Shown here piece by piece: positions 20,231-29,296 of a stretch of DNA of 64,000 nucleotides. The notes under the pieces are model-generated. The model made no database searches. It was not told the origin of the DNA and was given only the letters and a program-made list of their open reading frames with translations. The stretch is from an uncultured Pseudomonadota bacterium (lineage in GTDB: Bacteria; Pseudomonadota; Alphaproteobacteria; Rs-D84; CACZYB01), in contig CACZYB010000001.1 of assembly GCA_902785275.1 (NCBI GenBank), positions 1 through 64,000 of the forward strand, written 5' to 3'. The position numbers and the translations under genes are program-made. Within the stretch, counting starts at the first letter, position 1; every line of letters starts with the position of its first letter.

Positions 20231-22334
20231 ATTTTTTTCTTAACCAATCAGGTACCGCCGGTGCCGCAGGAATTTTTGACTTTGCAAGAAGTCCTTTATC
20301 CTTATAATATCTTGGGCTTTCGGCTTCGATTGGGTAACGTGGAAATCCCTGCATAATAACGATTTGCTTTTCTTCACCAAGCATCATAATCTTACTGGTT
20401 GAAAATAACCATGTATTTCCAATCTTTATTTCCGCATCACGTTTAAATGCATTGGTATTTGTTCCATTTTTATAATTTGTATCAACAACATCGTGTTTAC
20501 CCATAATTTCAGAGAAACGTTTTGCAGTATTTTCATTGTTTTGTGTAAGCAAGATTTTCGCAGCAGTTGTTGACATCAATGTTTCAACGTGTTCTCGTCC
20601 ATAACCAGCTTCAATCTGGCCCAAATCCTGGGCAATTAAAAGATATGATACTTTTTGACCACGACCAACCGCAGGTCCATCAATAACTGCATTTAATTTT
20701 GGCATTTGTGGGAATTCGTCAAGTACAAATAAAACAGGACAAGGACCAGCCTTTATACCATTACCTAAATCTTTTCCTGGTGGTGTAGATATAAGGTAGT
20801 TAGACATCAATTCAACAAATACCCCCGTAATCACATTCAATGCACGAGCATCAGTCTGATTAACAGAAAGATAAATTGTAACAGGTTTAATTTTTCCATC
20901 ATTTGGATCAAGCATACCACGCAAATCTTTGAATGAAAAATCACTGTGTGAAGTACGTTGGCGAACGGCTTGGTTTTTAAAAATACCAATACCTGTTAAA
21001 CCAGTAGAAAGAATAGACCCACGTTCCTTATCCGGAGTATTGGCAAGCTGTGTCATTTCCAAAACTGCACGATGTGAATATCCATAACGTCTTGCTTCCA
21101 TAACTGCATTTTCAAGCATTTCTTTCATAGGATCAGCAAGTGCAGCCATCTGATCACCTTGCTCTTTTCGTTGTCTTATATCCTCGGATATATGAACCTG
21201 TGCCTCACTTATCCAATCAAGAAGCATAGGAATACTTGCTTCGTATCCAATCCATTCCTTTGGAATATCAGACCATGTTCCAATAGGCACATAATTATCT
21301 TTGTTTATTTTCCCCTCACGAAGAAGAGTCAACGCACCCATTGCATAACTGTCGTTCATAGAAAGATAATATTGTTCCAAACTTGCAGCATCACGTGCAT
21401 TGAATTCACCATTTGAAAGTCGAGAATAAAAATAATCACTTGCAGTTGCACGTTCACATTTTGAAACAATGTAATGTATAAATCCAGCCAATGCATTTCG
21501 ACCAGTCTTTGACCAGTGAGGATCAGCCGATGATCCAGCAGGATCCTGAACCAAAACGTTAACCATACTATCAACATACATATCTCTGTCTGGTCCTTGT
21601 TGAGGAATAGTTCCTGGTGATAATGGGTTCCATGATGGATAGTAAATTCCTTTTTCTGGAATATCTTCTTTACCCCAATTCATAATGAAAACAGGACCTA
21701 TCTGTGCACGATAACCACTTGTGATATAGCAAAGTTCAGGCTTCGGATCGTTTACAATCATACTTACCGTATCACACTCGAAAATTGTTGGAATAACAAC
21801 ACCAACAGTTTTACCGGTTCCAGGAGGAGCACAAACCAAAACAGAAAGTGTTTCACTTAACTTTAAAAATCTTTTCTTAAATTTTCCAAGAACGATAATA
21901 AATCCATCCCATACTTTCATCTTTTTTATTTTTGCTTCATCAGCAACTCTTGACCAATTGTTTGGTGTAGATGTTACATCATGTGGATTTGATGAATCTA
22001 TTATAACAAGAGCAATCGGTATAGCCATAATAGGAATTGCAGGAATGATTGTTGTTGTCTGTCCTGTAACATAGGCCATAATCCATTTATAATACTCACC
22101 CAAAACAGAAAATCCGGAAGTCTTAAAAATATTTCTAAAGTAACGTTGCATTTCTAAAGAATGGAAAACATTCATATCAAAACCATGATTTATCCAATAT
22201 GTTATTGGAAAAGTCATAATCAATATGCCCCACAAAAGAAGGCCAGCAATAATGTATGCACACATAAGCCAACGGGCGGCCTTATGATGTTCGCCTTCGT
22301 TTTTATCTTCGAATACTTTTTTAAGAAATACCAT
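20229..22334 (-). CDS. virD4: Type IV secretion coupling protein, VirD4/TraG family
   Basis: N-terminal TMs, Walker A APPGTGKT followed by GVVIP, VNDPKPEL, WNPL, DPHW, TSHSDFSFKDLR, Walker B LFVLDEFPQM, GRGQ...LIAQDLGQI...YG. Confidence 0.92.
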   Translation of the reverse strand: MVFLKKVFEDKNEGEHHKAARWLMCAYIIAGLLLWGILIMTFPITYWINHGFDMNVFHSLEMQRYFRNIFKTSGFSVLGEYYKWIMAYVTGQTTTIIPAIPIMAIPIALVIIDSSNPHDVTSTPNNWSRVADEAKIKKMKVWDGFIIVLGKFKKRFLKLSETLSVLVCAPPGTGKTVGVVIPTIFECDTVSMIVNDPKPELCYITSGYRAQIGPVFIMNWGKEDIPEKGIYYPSWNPLSPGTIPQQGPDRDMYVDSMVNVLVQDPAGSSADPHWSKTGRNALAGFIHYIVSKCERATASDYFYSRLSNGEFNARDAASLEQYYLSMNDSYAMGALTLLREGKINKDNYVPIGTWSDIPKEWIGYEASIPMLLDWISEAQVHISEDIRQRKEQGDQMAALADPMKEMLENAVMEARRYGYSHRAVLEMTQLANTPDKERGSILSTGLTGIGIFKNQAVRQRTSHSDFSFKDLRGMLDPNDGKIKPVTIYLSVNQTDARALNVITGVFVELMSNYLISTPPGKDLGNGIKAGPCPVLFVLDEFPQMPKLNAVIDGPAVGRGQKVSYLLIAQDLGQIEAGYGREHVETLMSTTAAKILLTQNNENTAKRFSEIMGKHDVVDTNYKNGTNTNAFKRDAEIKIGNTWLFSTSKIMMLGEEKQIVIMQGFPRYPIEAESPRYYKDKGLLAKSKIPAAPAVPDWLRKK

Positions 22335-22397
22335 TTTCCCTTTTTCCCTTGTAGATTTATTATATCACAAAATTTTAATAAGGTAAAGTGGCAAAAT

Positions 22398-23552
22398 TTA
22401 TTTAATTTGAGAGTTTTCTATTTCAATGAAAAGAGAACTTTTATCTTCAAAAAATTTAAAGTCAGATTTTAAAATACCTGTCATCCATACTTGTGTTGGA
22501 ATTTTTTCAAGTTCTTCAAATAATTCTTTGGTTTTAAATTCATCCAAATGTGCAGGCGCTTCATCAATCAAAACAAGAGGATATTTATTAAAATAAAGAT
22601 AAAGCATATTTGCGTATGCAAGTATTATTGAAATAACAGCAAGCTTTTGTTCGCCGGTTGATGTTTGATCTGCGGTAATATTTTTATCCAAATTCATAGC
22701 AGAAAAATCCGAACGATGAACACCTTCTACCGGAGGGGAAAATGTAAACTTAAACATCTCTCTGTTATCAAGTAATGATTTTTTGTAAAAATCCTCCACA
22801 TCAACGGATTTCATAATCTTTAATTTTTCTTCTATAACACCATCAATGTGAATTTGTATTTTCGGAAAAGCGTTATCAAGGTTTTTCAAAATGTTATTAA
22901 GTTTTTCTTCAAATTCAATACGAAGTGCAGCAATAGAAACACCTTTTTCAACGATGTTTTCTTCTATTGCATCAAGCCATTTTTCATCAATCTTTTTCGA
23001 TTTTAAAATTTTTGCCCTTTGTTTCAAAAGGTTTGAATATTGATTTAATGCCACACCATAAAACGGATAAAAGTTTGATATAAGGTTATCAAGAAATTTT
23101 CTTCGTTCACCAGTTGCTTCTGAAAAAAGTCTATCCATAAATGGTGTTATCCAAATAATTTTTATATAATTTTGTAAATCACTTACGGTAATATTTTCTT
23201 CGTTTGCAACAATTTGACGTTTTTCAATAACTTCATCATCTTCTGATAAATTTTGTTTATCTGCATAGTTGTATGACAAGCCCAAATTTACAGTTTCATC
23301 ATCACTTTGTATTTGTGAAGAAATTGTAAAAACAGGGGTTGAACATTCTGTTTTTCCAAGTTGTGCAAGCTTTGCCTTTCTGAATGGCCCCGCCTGTGAA
23401 AGCATAGAAATTGCCTCTAAAATATTTGTTTTTCCGGCACCGTTATCACCTGTGATTATAATGTTTTTTGCAACAGAAGTATCAATCCTTAATTTTTCAT
23501 AAGAACGATAATTCGTTAAAACCAACCTTTTTATAAAATATGAATTAAACAT
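22398..23552 (-). CDS. recF: DNA replication and repair protein RecF
   Basis: NYRSY, GDNGAGKTNILEAIS, ERRKFLD, GVHRSD, STGEQK, LIDEAPAHLD. Confidence 0.95.
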   Translation of the reverse strand: MFNSYFIKRLVLTNYRSYEKLRIDTSVAKNIIITGDNGAGKTNILEAISMLSQAGPFRKAKLAQLGKTECSTPVFTISSQIQSDDETVNLGLSYNYADKQNLSEDDEVIEKRQIVANEENITVSDLQNYIKIIWITPFMDRLFSEATGERRKFLDNLISNFYPFYGVALNQYSNLLKQRAKILKSKKIDEKWLDAIEENIVEKGVSIAALRIEFEEKLNNILKNLDNAFPKIQIHIDGVIEEKLKIMKSVDVEDFYKKSLLDNREMFKFTFSPPVEGVHRSDFSAMNLDKNITADQTSTGEQKLAVISIILAYANMLYLYFNKYPLVLIDEAPAHLDEFKTKELFEELEKIPTQVWMTGILKSDFKFFEDKSSLFIEIENSQIK

Positions 23553-23558
23553 TATAAT

Positions 23559-24377
23559 CTAAATTTCATGAGTTTGTTGTAGTATTCCACCAATACGTAA
23601 TGGTTCAATAGATTTTGCCAACCCTGTTTTATCATCTGTTTCAACAATCACACCACAAATTGTAGCCTCACCTTCTGCTGGTTCAAGATGATTACGTAAA
23701 CCAGTGTTAAAAAATCTGTCGATAGAAGCTTCCTTTTTCATACCGATTGAGGAATCATAATCTCCACACATACCAGCATCAGATTGGAATGCAGTTCCAT
23801 TAGGAAGAATATGCGCATCACCGGTTGGAATATGTGTATGTGTTCCAACAACTGCGGAAACACGGCCATCAACAAAGTTTGCAATAGACATCTTTTCACT
23901 TGTCGCTTCGGCATGCATATCTATGAAAATAGCATCCGCATCAATGCCAAGTTTATACTTTGCCAAAATATTTGATATTGTTACGAATGGGTTATCAAGA
24001 TTTTCTCGATCAATAAAAAGTGTTCCAAGTAAATTTATAACCAAAACCCTTTTCCCATTTCTTGCAGTAAAAATTTTTGCTCCGGTACCATCATTATATT
24101 TGTTATAATTTGCAGGACGTATTATTCGAAGCTCTTCCTGTAAATATGGTTTAATTGTCATTTGATCCCATATGTGATCACCAGTTGTAATAACATCAAT
24201 AGGATAGCGGAAAAATTTTTCGGAAACACTTGGGTTTATACCAAAACCATGTGCAGAATTTTCAGCATTTACAATAGTAAAGTCTATTTTAAGTTTAGAT
24301 ATTATTTTATCAATTTTAGAAAAAAGTTGTCTTCTTCCGCTTCTTCCGACAACATCACCAAAAAATAAAATTCTCAT
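23559..24377 (-). CDS. ymdB: YmdB/TIGR00282 metallophosphoesterase
   Basis: GDVVGRSGR, NAENSAHGFG, HAEATSEK, VGTHTH, DAGMCG. Confidence 0.93.
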   Translation of the reverse strand: MRILFFGDVVGRSGRRQLFSKIDKIISKLKIDFTIVNAENSAHGFGINPSVSEKFFRYPIDVITTGDHIWDQMTIKPYLQEELRIIRPANYNKYNDGTGAKIFTARNGKRVLVINLLGTLFIDRENLDNPFVTISNILAKYKLGIDADAIFIDMHAEATSEKMSIANFVDGRVSAVVGTHTHIPTGDAHILPNGTAFQSDAGMCGDYDSSIGMKKEASIDRFFNTGLRNHLEPAEGEATICGVIVETDDKTGLAKSIEPLRIGGILQQTHEI

Positions 24378-24435
24378 AATATTCTTTCAAATTGTTTTCA
24401 CGTTATTGTACATCAAAAAGTTACTAATTTACAAT

Positions 24436-24470
24436 AAAAAAATATCCCCTTTAAATGCAAGGGGATAAAA
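24436..24470 (-). terminator. Intrinsic terminator downstream of the ferredoxin gene
   Basis: TATCCCCTT-loop-AAGGGGATA with a T-run on the minus strand. Confidence 0.75.
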
Positions 24471-24492
24471 TTCTTTCAAAATAATAAAGACA

Positions 24493-24669
24493 TTAATCTT
24501 CTTTTGAAATAGCCTCAACAGGGCAATTTTCAGCACATGTTGCGCAATTAACGCATTTTGCAGGGTCAATTTCGTAACCGCCATCTTTAAATGCAACAGC
24601 AGATTGTGGGCAGATAGCTTCACATTGACCACATGAGATACAAACATCTTTATTTATTTTATAAGTCAT
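24493..24669 (-). CDS. 2[4Fe-4S] ferredoxin, clostridial type, 58 aa (absent from the ORF track)
   Basis: Manual translation MTYKINKDVCISCGQCEAICPQSAVAFKDGGYEIDPAKCVNCATCAENCPVEAISKED*. Two CxxCxxCxxxCP motifs; AAGGAG SD. Confidence 0.95.
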   Translation of the reverse strand: MTYKINKDVCISCGQCEAICPQSAVAFKDGGYEIDPAKCVNCATCAENCPVEAISKED

Positions 24670-24753
24670 TTTTTTTAAACTCCTTTTTAAGTTTTATTAA
24701 AGTTTACAAGAAAAGTATGCATAAAATATGATTTTTTGCAAGTACTTTTTTAT

Positions 24754-25485
24754 TTACCTTCTTTCATTACCCATAATATTTAAAAGGGCTGTAAATATGT
24801 TAAGGAATGATAAATAAAGGTTTAATGCACAAAATACAGCTAATTTATCAGCATTTTCACCATATCCACCAAAGTGAGAGTAAATGTTTTTAATTTGTTG
24901 TGTTTCGTATGCAACCAAACCTGTAAAAATTAATACAACAGCATAGGAGAACCAAATTCCAACTCCACCAAAGAATATGCTAAAGATTGAAACAAGAAAT
25001 AATCCCCATACAGCCATAACTAAAAAGCTTCCCATACCAAGCAAATCTTTGTTTGTTGTATAACCATAAAGTGACATACTTCCAAACAAAATTGCAGTTA
25101 AGAAAAATGCCTGAAATGCATTGTGAATACCTGCATAAAGAACAAGTAAAGATATAGATGCTCCCTCAAGCCCAGCAATAGTAAAAAGTCCAATTTTCGA
25201 ACCTTTTGCTGTGATATTACGGCTGAAACTCATATACATAATAATGAAAAGTGGTGACCAAGCAACAAGTGTGCCAAGTCCAGTATAACCAACACCGTTT
25301 GCAGAAACTCTTAAAAATAAGCTTAAAAGTCCAGTTCTTAAAATTAAATAAGAAATAACAGCAGTTAACCCCATACTTGCCATCATATAGTTGAAAACTT
25401 TTCTTGTATAGGCTTTTAACCCCTCGTTTCCGACAGTTTTCTCAGCTTTTGTATCGTAAACATATTCAAAATCTCTTGCTTGCAT
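24754..25485 (-). CDS. Bax inhibitor-1/YccA family membrane protein
   Basis: GL.AY..KVFNYM, YGYTTNKDL..MGSFL, F.GL.AYETQ.IK, AL.LYL.F.NIF. AAAGGAG SD before ATG 25485. Confidence 0.92.
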   Translation of the reverse strand: MQARDFEYVYDTKAEKTVGNEGLKAYTRKVFNYMMASMGLTAVISYLILRTGLLSLFLRVSANGVGYTGLGTLVAWSPLFIIMYMSFSRNITAKGSKIGLFTIAGLEGASISLLVLYAGIHNAFQAFFLTAILFGSMSLYGYTTNKDLLGMGSFLVMAVWGLFLVSIFSIFFGGVGIWFSYAVVLIFTGLVAYETQQIKNIYSHFGGYGENADKLAVFCALNLYLSFLNIFTALLNIMGNERR

Positions 25486-25659
25486 AGTAATTCTCCTTTC
25501 GTTGCTATGTTTTAAAGTAATAATTAATATATAGTGGAAAATCAAAAATAATTCAAGAATAAAACTGCAACTTATTGAAAAGAGTCTATTTTTTAAAAAT
25601 CAAGAAAAATTTTTCCAAAAATTTACATTTTTATGCTTTTTTTAATCCAAAAAATATGA

Positions 25660-26769
<1,110 letters not shown>

Positions 26770-26784
26770 ATACGGAGATAAAAA

Positions 26785-27561
26785 ATGGCTGAAAAATATA
26801 AATTAAATGAGTTAGAAACAGAAAATCTTACTAAGATAAAAATAAAAGATATCGAAGAAATGATTAGAATTGTTGATAATATCTGTACACAGGTAAAATT
26901 CGACACAAAAATAACTTTTAATTCCGGCGATTTTGAAAATAGATTAAATCCAATTACCGCTTCTAATAAACTTATTGATGCAATGCAATTTGCTTTGGAT
27001 CAATACCGTATTAAAACAAAAGATGGAGTTTCAAGACCTGGTTGGGAAATTCCCGAAGATTACACTTGGGATGTCGAAAAACAAAAAGAATTAGAGTTGT
27101 TATACAGAGCTCTTGATGGTTCCAGAATGTCATTGTTCAATTCTATGGTTCATGCAATCGATAATTCAAAATTTAAAAATGATTATCGAAAAAATCAACT
27201 TGTTGATGACAAACTTACTGTTGAATTTGGAAACATCAAAAATTTCGAATACAAAGAAAAAAGTACAAAAGCAATCGAAAATGGATATGTTATTCCTCGT
27301 TTCAGCTCTAGCGATTTAACATTTTATTACACAAGCCGTTTTGAAGATAAAAATGGCGAAACAAGAGATTTGGAAAATGTTGAATTAGCAGAAAAAACTT
27401 ACTACACAAATCCATATAATTTAGAAGAAGAAAAAATTCGTTTGAAAAATTCTGTTAATGCTGAATACAGAAAACGTGAAGACAAAAGATCCAAAGTCCA
27501 AGATTGGTACGCTGGTAACGACTTCAATAAATTATTAAGTTCAGTAGGTAACGAAAGATAG
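26785..27561 (+). CDS. Hypothetical protein (258 aa, no signal peptide)
   Basis: GGAG SD, long ORF with host-like codons; no family recognised. Confidence 0.7.
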   Translation: MAEKYKLNELETENLTKIKIKDIEEMIRIVDNICTQVKFDTKITFNSGDFENRLNPITASNKLIDAMQFALDQYRIKTKDGVSRPGWEIPEDYTWDVEKQKELELLYRALDGSRMSLFNSMVHAIDNSKFKNDYRKNQLVDDKLTVEFGNIKNFEYKEKSTKAIENGYVIPRFSSSDLTFYYTSRFEDKNGETRDLENVELAEKTYYTNPYNLEEEKIRLKNSVNAEYRKREDKRSKVQDWYAGNDFNKLLSSVGNER

Positions 27562-27582
27562 TTTTATCTGAAAGGATAGATA

Positions 27583-28038
27583 ATGAAAAAATCTGCACTT
27601 CTTTTAGTTGCACTTGCAGGGTGTGTAAGGCTTAACTATGTCGATATTCCTGCAGAAAACACATATAAGTTCAGATATGTTGGCGAAGATGCTTTGGTTG
27701 AATGTACCAATAAAAAACTCGCTGGTCGTAAGTGTGAATTGGATGGGAAAACACTTGCAAACGGAAGCCAAATTATTGATATAGTGGAAGATACATTCAC
27801 CCTTAATGTCTTTATTGATGGAAATATAGTTTACAGTGAAACATATATTTCTAATGGTGAACTTTTTGCTAATAGAAGAATTAATTTAGGTAATAGTAAA
27901 GTTTATGCTTTTGATGAATTGAAAAATAAACTTACTCTTTCCAGATGTAATGGCGAAATATATTTAAATAAAGAACTAAAAGAATTTGAAAAGCTAACAG
28001 AGGGAACAAATTCTTGTGATTTTCTTAAGCTCAAATAA
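27583..28038 (+). CDS. Hypothetical lipoprotein
   Basis: MKKSALLLVALAG-C lipobox; AAGGA SD. Confidence 0.75.
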   Translation: MKKSALLLVALAGCVRLNYVDIPAENTYKFRYVGEDALVECTNKKLAGRKCELDGKTLANGSQIIDIVEDTFTLNVFIDGNIVYSETYISNGELFANRRINLGNSKVYAFDELKNKLTLSRCNGEIYLNKELKEFEKLTEGTNSCDFLKLK

Positions 28039-28050
28039 AAATAATCTCAC

Positions 28051-28088
28051 AAAAAATAACCTCCGTAACAGGAGGTATTTTTATTTTT
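28051..28088. terminator. Bidirectional terminator
   Basis: ACCTCC-GTAACA-GGAGGT flanked by A and T runs between convergent genes. Confidence 0.75.
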
Positions 28089-29287
28089 TACTTTTTAAAA
28101 ATCACAGATGCGGAAGATTTTAAATCAATATTTTTCTGTCTTGCATCAAAATTTTTAAATCCATTCTGAATAACTATATCAACAAGTTTCGCATAATTGA
28201 TTTTATATTCCGAACGTTCCCAAAGATAAAATGCAAATGCACCTGGAATTGGATTTACTTCGTTAAGCCAAAGTTCACCAGTTTTCGAATTGCACAAAAA
28301 ATCAATTCTTGGATTACCAGTTGCGCCCATATATTCGAACAATTTTTTTGCAGAATTTTCGATAAAATCTTTCATCTTCTTTGTCATCTTTGGTGCATAT
28401 TCACGCCCCATAGAAAGAAGACCTTCACTTGGTACAGCAAGTTTTGCAGGGCCAGTTTTCTTTGCACCATCGCTTGCCAAATACTTGTCTTTGAAATCCA
28501 AAAATTCATGTTTTTCAACAGGTGACTCAATAACCGAAGTTATAATCTCACCATCAAGATTTTTCATTACGGCAACATTATATTCCTTTAGATTTGGAAC
28601 GAATGGTTCAATAATTACTGTGTTATCAAGTTTGAAAACATTAAGTATTGCAGATTGAAGTTCAGCCTTATCCTTTGCCTTTGATATACCAACTGAACTT
28701 CCAAGATTTGCAGGTTTCACAAATGCAGGAAACTTTACCTTTAAATTCTTTGTCATATCAGCAATGTTAAACTTTTCGGTAATGTTTGGTTTCGAAAGAA
28801 TAACTTCATCCAAAACATTTATGCCAAGATTACGACATATAGCTTTTGTTTCAGCCTTGCTCATATAAAGTGTTGATGAAGAAATATCAGCACCAGTATA
28901 CGGAATATTTAAGGCTTCCATAATTCCTTGCATTGGACCATTTTCACCAAAACTTCCATGGAATGCAAAAAATGCAATGTCAAAATCAATAAATTTCTTA
29001 CCAAAAAATTTTGGATTTGAAATTGTAAATCTTGGTGAAGAACTTTTCGCACCAACAGGAATTGTAATATGAGACAAAGTTGCCTTTGTTTTTTCGGTTA
29101 GTGGATAATTTTTCATGTTAAGTAAAGCCTTACCAGTCCACCAATTTCCATCAATATCAACATACACAGGCATTGGTTCATATTTTGTGATATCAATAAC
29201 CTGCATAATTTGAAGTCCGGTTAAAATGCTCACATCATGTTCAAATGATGGGCCACCGAAAAAAACTGCAACTTTTGTCTTTGCCAT
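28088..29287 (-). CDS. ddl: D-alanine--D-alanine ligase (long form)
   Basis: FGGPSFEHDVS, FHG.FGENG..QG, VKPANLGSSVGI, FKDKY, RIDF, NEVNPIPG. Confidence 0.92.
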   Translation of the reverse strand: MAKTKVAVFFGGPSFEHDVSILTGLQIMQVIDITKYEPMPVYVDIDGNWWTGKALLNMKNYPLTEKTKATLSHITIPVGAKSSSPRFTISNPKFFGKKFIDFDIAFFAFHGSFGENGPMQGIMEALNIPYTGADISSSTLYMSKAETKAICRNLGINVLDEVILSKPNITEKFNIADMTKNLKVKFPAFVKPANLGSSVGISKAKDKAELQSAILNVFKLDNTVIIEPFVPNLKEYNVAVMKNLDGEIITSVIESPVEKHEFLDFKDKYLASDGAKKTGPAKLAVPSEGLLSMGREYAPKMTKKMKDFIENSAKKLFEYMGATGNPRIDFLCNSKTGELWLNEVNPIPGAFAFYLWERSEYKINYAKLVDIVIQNGFKNFDARQKNIDLKSSASVIFKK

Positions 29288-29296
29288 ATTTACACC

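Noticed and set aside
20229-22334. virD4 as marker of an ICE or integrated plasmid
   Set aside because: No relaxase, integrase, att repeats or compositional anomaly; flanked by xseB and recF.
24429-24647. 72-aa minus-strand ORF in the track
   Set aside because: Wrong frame; the real gene is the ferredoxin at 24493-24669.
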